A stretch of DNA of 64,000 bases from Antedon mediterranea. Its lineage: Eukaryota; Animalia; Echinodermata. The position numbers were made by a program, and so were the translations under genes. Of the stretch, positions 41,501 through 54,266 are shown piece by piece. The stretch lies in NCBI RefSeq assembly GCF_964355755.1, contig NC_092673.1, positions 6,820,001-6,884,000 of the forward strand, in the 5' to 3' direction. Position 1 is the stretch's first letter; the number at the start of each line of letters is the position of its first letter. The notes beneath the pieces were generated by a model. The model was not told the origin of the DNA. It ran no database searches and worked only from the letters and a program-made list of their open reading frames with translations.

Positions 41501-44500
41501 ATGTTTATGAATTATATTTCATACCTACATTACCGCAGAGTCTATCATTGTCTTGTAGAACGTAGACTAATTATTTTTTCTATATTTGGACTAAACTGTC
41601 GTAGTGTTGTTAATAAGTTTGACTTAATCTCAAACTATTTAGACTCACTCGTACATGCCTTCTCCGTTATTGCCTTCAGTGAAACCTGGTTAACCGAAAA
41701 AGATAATATTAATCTATACCAGTTACCAGGCTACAGTTTGATTCACAATGATAGGAAAGATAAGAGAGGTGGTGGGGTAGCGTTCTATGTTACCAACAAA
41801 CTAACATATATTATTAGAAATGATCTGTCATCTTGTATGACTGAAGCAGAGACTATTTTTATTGAGATTGAGTTAGAATCAGGAAATAATGTTATTTGTG
41901 GTATAGTTTATAGACCACCCTCACGTTCCTTGCAAAAGTTTGATGATGAATTAACATGTGTAATGCAAATGATTAATCTAGAAAAAAAGAAAGCTTACCT
42001 TGTGGGAGACTATAACATAAACTTACTCCAACAATCTACCGACAACACTATCCAATCACACTTAGACACAATATTTTCTCAGTCATTTCAGCCAATCATA
42101 AAAAGTCCTACTAGAATATCCGATAATTGTGCTTCAATAATTGATAACATTTATTGCAACATCGATTCTTTTACTACGTCCCTTAAAAGTGGAATACTTA
42201 TTACTGATATTTCTGATCACTTCCCAATATTCTGTGTAGATACTTTGGAAAAACATAATAAGCAATATCCTCGATTTGTATATAAACGACAATACTCTCC
42301 TCAACAAACGGAGTATTTTTTGCAAGAATTACAAAGTAATCAGTGGAATGATGTGCTATTCTCAAATAATGCGAATGTTGCTTATCAAAATTTTACAAAC
42401 ACTTTAAATAAAACAATTGATAATTGTTTCCCTTTAAAACGAATTAGAAATAAGGCGAACAAGTTAAAATCTCCTTGGATCACAGCTGAAATTGCCAGAG
42501 CTATCTCTCAAAAACATAAATTATATAAAAAGTACAAACAAAATAACACCACTACTAATAAAAGTACGTACATACATTTTAGAAACAAGTTAACCACTAC
42601 TATTAGAAATCGGAAAAAAGAATATTATATGGTCCAGTTTGAACGAAATAAACAAGATATTAAAAAAACGTGGACAATCCTAAATGATATAATGGGTAGG
42701 AAAAAGACTACCAATTTGCCTACAAAAATAAAATTGGGTACTGAGACTTTCTCTGATAATGATGAGAAAGCTGATGCATTCAACTCTTTTTTTATTATTA
42801 TTGGAGAAAAACTAAATAATAAATTTTGGCATGAATCTCAAAATGAAGAAATCACCCACAGAACTTTCTTAAAGGGAAATTTTACCTCTTCAATGTTTTT
42901 TAAGCCTGTTACTGAACATGAACTTAACCACTATATTAAAAACACAAAGAATACTTCTCCTGGCCATGATGGTATAAGTGCCCAACTCATAAAATCTGCT
43001 TCCCCGTTTATTTTAAAACCTTTATTGCATATCATTAATACGTCATTATCATCGGGCTGTGTCCCGGCTGATATAAAAATTGCTAAAGTTATCCCGGTAT
43101 TTAAGAATGGTGACATCTCCGATATAAATAATTATCGGCCTATTTCCATTTTACCCTTTTTTTCCAAAATATTTGAGAGGATTGTGTATGATCAAACGAT
43201 TTGTTACCTCTCAAAATATAACGTACTGAGTAAAACACAGTATGGATTTAGACAACACCATTCAACTAGTCATGCTTTAATACAATCGATTGAAAAAATC
43301 ACAAACGCTATTGAGAATAAAGAGTTCACACTAGGAGTTTTCCTTGATTTATCAAAAGCGTTTGATACAATCGATCATGATATATTATTAGATAAGTTAA
43401 AGATGTATTGTCCCTTGAAACACAAAAAAATGAAGGTCAAAATATTCTAAATTTAAATTGGCCATATCAAAGTAATATTAAAGTTATTCACTTTAAGTCG
43501 AAAATTCGAGCCAAAAACAACAAGTTTACGTAATTAACAGGTAAATTGATTTAATTACATTTCGTCTGGAAAATCGTCGCGAGCGAAAGTAAACAAAGAT
43601 TTCAAACCACGAGTACGCATTATGCGTATGCTAATTAGGATTGTTTACAACTCGTCACGGTTGAGAAGGTATTTTTACACAGATCGTGAGGAAGTTTTAT
43701 GATTATGCATACAGAGTAGCGAAACAAGCGCGTTTCATTATGAGATATGTTTTGATTGAAAACTTTGACTGGAAGTCAATGTTATTTTTTTAACAAAAAA
43801 ACGTCTGTATTTCAGTTAAATGATTTTTTTTTAAACAAATTTTTGGTGATAGTTAATAACTATTATGATACTTCAAAATGACCCACCTTTTTTCGAAATC
43901 TGTTATTTTTTATTTTTTTGGAATTAGACAAAGGGACAATACATCTTTAAGATTTTATGGTATAAGAGGAGTTCCGCTAAACTGGTTCTCAAACTATCTT
44001 AAAAAAAGACTACAATACACATTTATTGTTAATACTGCATCTAGTAAAATGAGAGTAAACACTGGAGTTCCTCAGGGATCCATATTGGGTCCATTATTAT
44101 TTCTTATATTCATTAATGATATTAGTCTAGCATGTAACCATGTTGACATGATTATGTATGCAGATGACACAAATGTGTTTTATAGTCACAATGATATTAC
44201 TCAAGCTTTTGATACAATGAACCAGGAGTTATCTATACTTTCGGACTGGTTTATTGCTAACAAATTAACGCTAAATGTAAACAAATCAAAATATGTTATA
44301 TTTAAGGCTAGAAATAAGTCAGCTGACACTACCTCACTAGAATTGAGGATGGGAAATGAATGTATAGTAAAAGCTACTGAAGTTAAATTTCTAGGCTTAT
44401 TTCTGGATGAAACTTTATCGTTTAATTTTCATGTAAATGAGGTAGCAAACAGTATTTCTAGAATAATTGGTGTCTTAAACAAAGTGAAGTCTATGTTATC

Positions 44501-44990
44501 AAGTAAAATCTTGTTAACGGTATACAATGCACTTATATTACCTAGAATAACGTATGCTATCACAGTATGGGGTGCTACTTCTGCTACAAACTTAAACCGT
44601 ATACATATTCTCCAGAAAAAAGCACTTAGAAATATTTGTCATGTTCATTTTATGCATCCTTCTCATCCACTTTTTATTTCAACCCAAACATTAAATATTT
44701 TTGACCTTTATACGAAACACACTGCTATATTTATGTATCAATATAAACATAATCTATTACCTGAATCATTTAATAACTTATTTAGTACATCTGCCTCATT
44801 CCATAATTACTCAACTAGAAACAGGTCAAACTACTGTCCACAACTAAAACGCACCAAAGTCGGACAGCAATGTATTTCCTACTAAGGAACACATATTTGG
44901 AACAATTTAACAGACTATATAAAACAATCCCCCACTTTAAGTTTGTTTAAACAGAGATTAAAGCAATATTATAACAATAGAAATATTTAA
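41501..44990 (+). pseudogene. LINE ORF2 (AP endonuclease + reverse transcriptase), split by a MITE, with one late stop
   Basis: APE motifs SETW, GGGVA, YRPP, GDYN, SDH; RT motifs YRPIS, QYGF, DLSKAFD, GVPQGSILGP, YADD; removing 43401-43950 restores LDKL-RFYGIRG in frame; TAA at 44883 precedes GTHIWNNL..SLFKQRLK. Confidence 0.93.
43401..43946 (+). mobile_element. Kolobok-like MITE copy 1 (546 bp)
   Basis: TTAA duplication at 43397 and 43947; 16-bp TIR AGATGTATTGTCCCTT; AG..CT ends fit Kolobok rather than piggyBac. Confidence 0.9.
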
Positions 44991-45738
44991 GTTAAGTAAA
45001 TCACATTATGTTATTTTGGTTTGTTCTTTTTGTTTGTACTAATTGTTTGATCTTTTTGTTAGGGTTACATGCTTAAAGCACTTGTGCTTATTTTGTATCC
45101 CATTCCATTATCTTATTATTTGTATTGTATTTGTATATGTTTTTTTTTTGATTATGGAATAAAAATGTCGATGAATTGAATTGAATTGAAACATGCAGTT
45201 TGGATATGTTGATCAAGACGAGGTTGGAAAAAAGACTTTTTTGCATCTTAACTTTGTGTCATTCACCATCTACACTGGCTAAATCCCTGTAGGTTTTAGG
45301 TTTTAAATACAAATCATAGCCCAGTCACACTAGCATTTTTCTAATTGGTTAAAACAGCACTATTGTCTAAGACAATATTACACAATATGTAGTTTTTGGA
45401 AAGCATTGTTGTGTTGTTATATACTCAAGCAACATCTTGCTAAACATGAATTACATATTATAATTGAATAGTAAATGTTGATTAATTAGAAGGAAAAAAA
45501 GCCAATGATTAGCCTAATTAATTACAAATTGAAATCAAAAGTTAATTATGTTTCAGCATCATATTGGATAAATTACTCTTGTATTACTCTTGGTTTAATT
45601 GAAGAGGAAGGAATCCAGCTTTATAGTATGTCTTAAAACTTAAATGTTATAATAATTTTATGTTTAATTCAATGTTTCTAGGAAAATATTATAATCTACT
45701 GTACCATATTCTTATAAAAATTAAACAACTTTACTTAA

Positions 45739-46290
45739 AGATGTATTGTCCCTTTGACTAATTAAAAAAAAAATTTTACAAAAATCTTTGAAAAAAAAGT
45801 GGGTAATTTTGAAGTATTATAATAAATATTAACTTTCACCAAAAATTAGTTGAAAAAAAAATTATTTACCATAACTGAAATACAGACGTTTTTTTGTTCA
45901 AAAAATAACTTTGACTTCCAGTCAAAGTTTTCGATCAAAATATATCTCATAATGCAACGCGCTTGTTTGGCTACTCTGTATGCATAATCATAAAACTTTC
46001 CTCGCGATCTGTGTAAAAACACCTTCTCAACCGTGACGAGTTGTAAACAATCCTAATTAGTATCATGCATAATGCACACTCGTGGTTTGAAATCTTTGTT
46101 TACTTTTGCTGTGACGATTTTCCAGACGAAATGTAATCAAACTAATTTACCTGTTAATTACGTAAACTTGATGTTTTTGGCTCGAATTTTCGACTTAAAG
46201 TGAATAACTTTAATATTACTTTGATATGGCCAATTCAAATTTACAATATCTTGACTTTCATTTTTTTGTGTTTCAAGGGACAATACATCT
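45739..46290 (-). mobile_element. Kolobok-like MITE copy 2 (552 bp), inverted relative to copy 1
   Basis: TTAA at 45735 and 46291; same TIR; body is the reverse complement of copy 1 with substitutions. Confidence 0.9.
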
Positions 46291-47221
46291 TTAAGTTAAA
46301 GTAAACCGAATACTAACTACTGTATACTAAATAAATTGTGTGTAAAGTTAATCAAAATCCAATTCCTGAGGAGATAAAAACACAAATTTGAAGGATGCAC
46401 GTTGGACGCCCATTCTTGGAAACTGCCTGTTCACACAAGAATGATGTCCATAACATAATCATTTCTGCAACAATATTAATTTAGCAATCATATCAATGAA
46501 TGAATTTATACCAGTTTATTGTAAAATTGATGCAATAAATATAGCAACATTAGGAATATTATTATTATTAATTTTACAGAAATAGACACCACAAATTAAT
46601 GTTAATACATAGCAGTTTTTGTCAGTCACAAATACAGTCTATACAAAAAGTTAAATTGGTAGTTTAAACTGAAGTACATGTAAACTGGCCTAGACAATGT
46701 ATATGCCAGGATAGGCCTGTAAATGTAATGCCTCTTTTAGCACATCAATTTTTTTCCCACAAAAAATGTCATATACAGTAGGTGTATTAACATTATTGAT
46801 GGCTGGATTTCGTCCAATAGATTCATCCAGTGGTTACAAATAATCTTAAGGATGATCCTGTTCTGTATTAAATCTATAAATAACTTTCATTGAAAAAACA
46901 AGCATCTAGAGAGCACTAACATCACATGCTAACCGGTTTTATACAACAAAAGAAACATTAAACATCTGATTCTGAATGTATTTTTTTGTTAATGAAAGCC
47001 TAAATAATTACAGGTTAGTTTTTCTTAACCAACTGTATCATTAACTGTATAAAGCTAGTCTAGGTTCTAGACTGAATTTCAACTTACTTATGATAAAAAG
47101 ATCAATATTTTTGGCACACATGGCGTTTCATACGTATAATGCTTGAGCTCGGACTAGACAAAATGCAAAAGGATGTCGACTGGTAGACTATTACATAAAT
47201 AAGACAATAAATACAGACTTG

Positions 47222-47363
47222 AGCTCTGTCTACATATCAAATAGTTTGACAAAAAAAGTGTGATATTCCCAAATATGGTAGTTATGACATCATCGTGTCC
47301 ATACAGTATATGGGCACATCACAATTTTTTGTCACATGTAAAGTTTGATAGTGTGACAGAGCT
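47222..47363. mobile_element. Family A MITE
   Basis: AGCTCTGTCTACA...GTGTGACAGAGCT-TTA. Confidence 0.85.
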
Positions 47364-47759
47364 TTAGTACACTGCAAAGCTAGATGAAGCGGTATATATG
47401 CTAGCATTTTTTTATGGGGACTTTCAGTTGCAATACACTAGCCTACAGTACTTTATACAAATGTCATCCCATTCATGTTACCTGCATGTTTAGGTATCAA
47501 GTCATGATAGCATTCATCTATAAATGTTAAATAATCAGCTGAATTCACAACTGAGTTGAAAAAAAAAGTAAAAACTAAAAGTTAATTTTGAAATGTGTTG
47601 TAGAGTATGTTTGGAGTTTGTAGCTACAATAGGGGATTTGAGGTTGTCCCTGATCGACCAAATTATATTTTTGTTTTGCTTATTGTGTAAATGATGAAAT
47701 AAATGTTGAATAATAAAATGAATAGCCATTTATATAATATCTTTGTTTCTTTTGTATTA

Positions 47760-48074
47760 CCGTATTATTTTAATAAACGTCTGGGGCCTTATTCCTCAAA
47801 TAAACGCCCCGACACATGCGTATACACACAATATTGTATTAACACATTTCTATTTGATAGTATAATTCATTGACTTCCATGATCTACAAAAACATTTTGA
47901 TAGAATATTTACTGTATTTTTTCACTTTGAAAATGATTTTTTTTTCATATTTAGGGAGAATTTATTTGATTAAATACATGTTAAAATATCATTATTATCA
48001 TTATGCTAAAAAAAATAACCGCCTCTCTAATTGCCCCTCTAAAAACCCCTGGCGATTTATTAGAATAAATATGG
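47760..48074. mobile_element. Tc1/mariner-type MITE
   Basis: TA-CCGTATTATTTTAATAAACG...ATTTATTAGAATAAATATGG-TA; related relics at 60005-60290. Confidence 0.6.
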
Positions 48075-50563
48075 TAACCTTGAATATCTTCTTTCTTTGC
48101 TAATTAAATAATTTTCTAAATCAACTTTTCAGATGTCATTTGCACTTTGTGAACACTGCTCTTAAAATGACTATAGGTAAATACTTTTCTGTCGCACACA
48201 TACAGTAAATTTAATCAAACTATAAAATTAACAGTAAAAAAAAAAGGACGAGTTTCAATTATTATTTTGTTTGCACACTATCGCGCAGATGATGGATTGA
48301 TTATTTTTTTATTTTATTGCTTTTGGCGCTTCATGTAATAGATCCTGTCCCAAGCAACCTTGAAAATTTAAATAATAATTTTATTCCGATTATTGTAATA
48401 TTTAATAGGTTAACATTATGAGAGAAAAATGTAAAATGTATTGCATTTGCAGTAGTAAAAAAAAAAACAGTTATCTTAACAGTCAAATTCATAAATAAAT
48501 GTTTCAGAAAACTACCTACATTATTTATTAAAAATAAAAATATACAGAAATACCTGTTTTATAATTAGGAGATATTGTATACTCTCTATAGTGTAATTAC
48601 AGTTAAATCAGTTTTTTAATTTTTAAAAAATGTACTGAATTGAAACCTGTATTGAAACTTTTTATGTAGGACGGTGGTGAGAGTATTCAATAAAAAATGT
48701 AACGTTCTAGTTTTTTTTATCCCTATCTTGATAATTACGTCATTAGACATTTATTGTTGGAACTATCAATATCATTGTTGTTCATCATATCATCATTTTT
48801 TTCTTTTTTTTCTTTAATATCTTACAGAGCCCTCAAAGGCCCTCAAGATCAGTTCCTTCACTGGAAGTTGGAATAATTGGATCACCCTTATTAAAGATTG
48901 TAATAAATAAAATAAAAATTGTGTTTTTTTTTATTAAAATAATTGTATTATTATTTCTTTTTTCTTAATACTAATAATGCTAATAGTCATACATTGCCAC
49001 CTGACACCTGTTTGTATAGATAACATATTTTGTTTACTTTTTGTAGACAAATAAAATAATATTCTATAAAAATAAATACAATTAGAATAATATTAATTTT
49101 ATGGTTACAATACAATACATCTGGTTATAGTACATGGCAGTGGTATAATTGAATAATATAACCACATTTTTTATTATTAATTTCAAATTTATTAAAATAT
49201 CATACAAGCAGTTGTCCAATATTTGCAATTTCACTGTAGTACAGCAACTAAATTAGGAAACCTTGAAAACGAAACACATAAAATTTACCATATAATGTAA
49301 ATTTTCAACAAGAAATCTATTCCTTTCCCCCCTGTTAATGTAAGGATATTAGTAATATCAAATGAAAGAAATGATTTCATCCCCAACGGGATAATAAATA
49401 TTAAAGATATCGAAATAAATGATAAATGCATTAAGCATTAGTAGAAATTTTCAAATAATTTTAATCCCGAATTAAGAAGATTGTGGAAGGAATCGAAATG
49501 GCTTTCACTTTTAATCATCAAAAGCTGTCTATACCGTCAAATAGTATTCTTTTAAAGAGCCTCTAGGCAGATCGAACAAACTGAAGTTATGTCTGATAAT
49601 TGCGTTTAAAAAGAAACACCAAAAAAACAAAGATGACCACAATATTGTAAAGAAAGATGAACACATTTTGAATCTCTACTGAGGGAAATGATAAAGAATA
49701 TGTAGGGCCAGGCTAGATAGGCAGAATATGATTACTCAAAATCATAGTATCATTATAATTTTCTACAGTAAATTTACTTTTTTTGAATAATTGTAACAAC
49801 ATATAGTCATTTTCTAAATAAATGTTACAAAACAATAGTATTTTACAGTATTTGAATTGAATTGGAGACGTATACATTATTCACTTTGTGCGCACAACAT
49901 GCTTGTATTGGGCCTGCTATCTTGGTGCGATATGAGTGGACTAGTAAAATAATTTTGTTTGGACTAGTGAAATCTAGTGAATTCCCAGTGGGAAGATAAG
50001 TTGGTTTGCAGTTAGTATCGGAGTAAAATCAAATAAAATTAAAATAATTATGTGTAAATCATTTTACATAGCCTAACAAAACTCTGGAAATAACTTAAGT
50101 TATACACTATTTTGAATTTAGATTTAAACATTGAAAATACACAGCAAAATAGTGTACTAATATTTTAGTAACATAAAACCTTTTGTTTTTAGAAAAGAAA
50201 AAAAAGACTTTTAAAAACCTTCTACAGTAAGTTATGTTACACAGATCTAAGCAGTGGAATGCCAGACAACCAAACAAATCTGGCCATTAATTTGAGGTAC
50301 ATTATGATTATGAATGGAGGTGGTTACACAAAGCACTTAATTTTTCTTTTTAAGCTTCTGTATGATTACTGTGAGTACATATCTTCATTAGTATAGTAAG
50401 TGCTGTAGTAATATTTTTCTTTTGCCCAAGGGGGAAAAAAATCTCTCCTTTATTTGACTGATGGTTATATTATGTAGAGATAAAATTGTAGAGGGCGGTA
50501 GTTGTTTTGCTATGTTCTTCCTTCATAAAATGCCAATGTACATAAATACAATACAATACTTAC

Positions 50564-50578
50564 CGTCAGAAATTGAAA
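50564..50578 (-). CDS. ODAD3: Candidate 15-nt frame-preserving ODAD3 microexon (adds VSISD)
   Basis: ttttgtttttcaattcag|TTTCAATTTCTGACG|gtaagt; phase 1/1 matches flanking exons; no stop. Confidence 0.6.
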
Positions 50579-50815
50579 CTGAATTGAAAAACAAAATTAT
50601 GATTTAATTTCTGCCATAAAATATTGTACAAATCCTGTGATTTAACTTTTATAGGGCAGCCTACAGGTACGAGGTAGTGAGTGGGCAATTGGACGTGTAC
50701 ACGTGCAGATGCATCTCGTTGGGCTAGCAAAGTTTTATCTTACTGGGAAAGTAGTAATTATAGTTTGACTGGCAAGTGGGATAGTAGTTTACATGGAAAG
50801 TAGAATTAAAGGTTA

Positions 50816-50867
50816 GTTGGAGCAGGGAAGAGTTAAATTACATCATTTAACTCTTCCCTGGTTGGAG
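50816..50867. mobile_element. P-element-like excision footprint
   Basis: GTTGGAG-CAGGGAAGAGTTAAAT-tacatc-ATTTAACTCTTCCCTG-GTTGGAG. Confidence 0.7.
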
Positions 50868-51123
50868 TTCTTCAGTTGTGCTTCAATCCGGGCAACTGGA
50901 GTAGTAGCAAATTAGCAGGCAACTAAATAGTTGCCTGACTATTTGTGTTCAAATCCTGTCTGATGTCATTATTCTATAAACTTTCTTTCAGCTAAAGCAT
51001 CTTGTGTTTTTTGTAGGATTTCCAACAGTCTGGATCCAAATAGTTATCGACACTCATTGGTCATTCTGCATAGTTTAAATATTGAAAATGTAAAATATAT
51101 AAAAAAGTAAATTTTGAACTTAC

Positions 51124-51208
51124 CATCATAAACGTTGGTCGGATGAGTGGTAGGTAACTTGATACGAGTGTTATGTTGTGGAAGGTTTGTCTCGTAGCCA
51201 ACATTGTA
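51124..51208 (-). CDS. ODAD3: ODAD3 exon (missed by the ORF track)
   Basis: AG/GT bounded, phase 0 to 1; YNVGYETNLPQHNTRIKLPTTHPTNVYD matches the LP..NTRI.LP motif of CCDC151. Confidence 0.9.
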
Positions 51209-51526
51209 CTAATGAAATAAAAACATTCATAATCATATTGGTGGTATATTAATATCTATAATAATTGTTAAAAATGTGGACATTTTGGGGTGGGATAATA
51301 ATTGGGTTTCGTTACAATGGACTTACCAAGTGTTGTGTCCTAAAATAAGGGGTGGGAATATATTCGATCATGAGATTACGATTATATTCGATCATGAGAT
51401 TACACCTTACACTTACAGTATAAACGGCAGATTTACTGCAACCATAAGTTTTCTTTATCCTCTACCCAGTCAAAGTTTGCATTTAACGAATGGGGAGGAT
51501 ATTAGAAGAGGGAATGATTGTATTAT

Positions 51527-51663
51527 CAGGGGCGTACTAGACAAACTTTAGGCTGAAACTACAGTAGGCATAACAAGGGGGTAACTTGCAACTGTTGTTT
51601 GTTTGAAATAATGTGTGATATGAGAGCTATTACAATTGATTAAGCTGAAAATTTACACCCCTG
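51527..51663. mobile_element. Possible degenerate hAT-like MITE
   Basis: CAGGGGCGTA...TACACCCCTG ends; no clean 8-bp duplication. Confidence 0.35.
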
Positions 51664-53059
51664 TACTAATTTAAAAGTTTTCAATTGAAATGTTTTTGCA
51701 ATACTGTACTACGTATTGTACGAAAGGGAAAAGTAAAATGAAGCAATACATAACTGGATGAACTAAATATAGAAGTTTTAAACATGCAGGCATCAACACA
51801 ATAACAAACTGTGTAAAGTGTAATGTAAAGAAAACTATTTAATATTGTAAAAATATGGAAAATATTATATAATGAAAATAATTTGTAAAACTATCCATTA
51901 GAGAAGGAAATGACATGCACATATTATGTACCACATTCATGATAAATTACAAGTCAAATAAAAATTCACGATCAAGCCAAAATATTAATGCTTATGATTT
52001 TTCATTTGCAACCTTCTTAAACATAAATCAAATCTTACGTTGAGAGACATTGATTTGTGGATGAAGAAATGTTTTGATAAATTGGAAGATGCGTCCACGT
52101 TCAAATTACTTATGCCACTCAGCCCTTAAAGATTACAACTCGAGGCAATCAATTCCCTCCGATGGTCACATTTGTTTCGCGATTAATAAAACTGCCTTGC
52201 ATTTTTCTCTACTTTTTCACCTATTTTGACTGCTGTTTGAGTGAACATTTTCTTGTCATGTGACGAGGTTGTGACGGAGCAATTAGTCGATGAGGAACCC
52301 TACCAATAAGTCATTACAGCTTAACCAACGCATTAAGTAAATGAATATTTTCTAATTTTGCAATAGCTCTAAGGATGCCATTAGAGTAGTAGTTTTAGTT
52401 TTCATCTATCTCGTAAGAAATAATTGAACAAATGCGTTTCTGAACACAGATCATGAAAATAGTTAGTAAACACTACAGTATTAGAAAAAGATAAAGATAG
52501 CAGTTACATCAGCACTATAATTTATTATTCACAAATTCTTGCCAACTACTGTACATGTCAATGCATGTCTTACTCTTAGCATCAAAAGATTTAAGAAAAC
52601 TTTATGACTAGTTTTGTAACTAATGTTTTTTTTATTGCTTTGTTCTTATTTTTATAAATGTACCTGCCTAGCTAAGGGACATGCTCATGGCCTCTAAACT
52701 GCCCCTTAATTGCCATTAATGTTTGGTGTTCTCTCGAAGCAGGTTTTGCCAGCAAGATTTTCTGGACTAATTGTCTCCAACCGGTATTCAAAATGGTTTA
52801 AGAAAATCATACACACTTATCTAGTAGTACACTAGTCCTAGATCACCCAAAGCCTACAGTATATTTTGTCAATTGGATAGACACAGTACAATATTCATTT
52901 TTGTATTTTGTAGATTAGTTCCACCGATATTATATCAATAATTATAATATAATAATCGTTAATTCGCTTAAATTGCTGGACTAGAATTAACTACAGTATA
53001 TTGGGGAACACTGCATCAATGTGTTTGGTATTAATATGTATGTTTTGTAATAATTGCTG

Positions 53060-53097
53060 AGAATGAGCAGGGAAGAGTGAATCTTCCCTGAGATGAG
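53060..53097. mobile_element. Second footprint of the CAGGGAAGAG family
   Basis: AGAATGAG-CAGGGAAGA-gtgaa-TCTTCCCTG-AGATGAG. Confidence 0.6.
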
Positions 53098-54266
53098 ATA
53101 CAGTATAGTAGGGAATTCTGTTTTTCTATTTGTAATGGTTTTTTTTTCAATCTGTTTTCCATCATGGTTTGTAACAAGTAATAATTAACTAAATATAAAT
53201 ACTAATACTTTTTTTTTGTTTTTTTTGGGTTTTTCAAATTAATTAATAATTATTGATTTTATTGAATAATAAATATATGAAATAAGTAATAAAATATAGT
53301 CTTAAACACAAATCATTATTGTTTTGTTGTTGAAAAGAAATAATAAAGTAAACATAAAAAAAAAAAAAAAAAACATTTCAAAGCTTTTTGAATCTGTTAC
53401 CAGAGGTGATAGTAATGTATGCACTTTTTAAAACAAAGACATTGCAAATTGTATTATTATTATCATGTATTATTTAACATTCAAAATAAGGTCTGTTCTT
53501 TTACCTGAGGGACACTTCAGGGGATTTAGAAGTTTTCATTTTCTATATTTCACATGGTAATGAATAAATCAAATCACCATATTGTTTGATACGACGAGAT
53601 TATTGTCAAGTTAGATCTACTGTACTGTACGGTTTGATTAGTGAAGAATAGTGGCACAGCAGCATAGTGATTACCATGGCTCTACTAATGAATGATATAA
53701 TTTGTTAAAAATTTCATTTCTCTTCATGTTTGTGCATTTGTAATGTACTTTTACAATTATGAACAAAATTCTTTTTCTACTGTATATAAAGAAGATCCCA
53801 GCTTTTGCTAAAGATGTGAACTTGAATTGAATTGAGGGATTAATATTACTGGACTAGCATGTAAGAGGCATGGGTTTGAGACATGTCTATGCCACAGTGC
53901 TTTTTTTGGCAAAATACTTTACTTTCATTGTCTTTGACGTTAAAGAACTTGGTACACTATTCAAAAGGAATATGGAATCGTCTTCTGGTGTTTTTTTTAT
54001 ACGGTTTTGGATTGGTCCTCTGTCGTGTACTGAAGAGATCACTTGGTGTAAAGAAGAAATAAATTCCAGATGTTTGAGTTCAATGCTGGTTAAGTCAAAT
54101 GACCAAAGCCATCAGCGCAAACTTGGTATTCTTAAGGTATGAACGCCAGGCTATTGATCTAGAAATTGTGGGTTTTTGTGCCAAACTAGTTTGATAGTGT
54201 AGACAGAACTTTAACATAGTTTTGTTTTTGAGAGACTGAGTAGCTACAAATACAAATAATATTTAC

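Larger units (their letters stand above)
40290..45190 (+). mobile_element. Near-full-length L2-group (Crack/Daphne-like) non-LTR retrotransposon, antisense in the ODAD3 last intron
   Basis: 5' UTR, ORF1, APE-RT ORF2, 3' stem-loop (45061-45101), AATAAA at 45158 and (TTGAA)n tail to 45190; no target duplication seen. Confidence 0.93.

Noticed and set aside
43401-43946. MITE as a spliceosomal intron or piggyBac element
   Set aside because: No GT-AG at the boundaries; ends are AG..CT, not the CC..GG of piggyBac
43878-43950. N-terminus of the 335-aa ORF as a separate gene start
   Set aside because: Derived from MITE sequence; the remainder is the second half of LINE ORF2
53870-54142. 90-aa plus-strand ORF ending near an AAG|gtatga donor
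   Set aside because: No recognisable homology or partner exons
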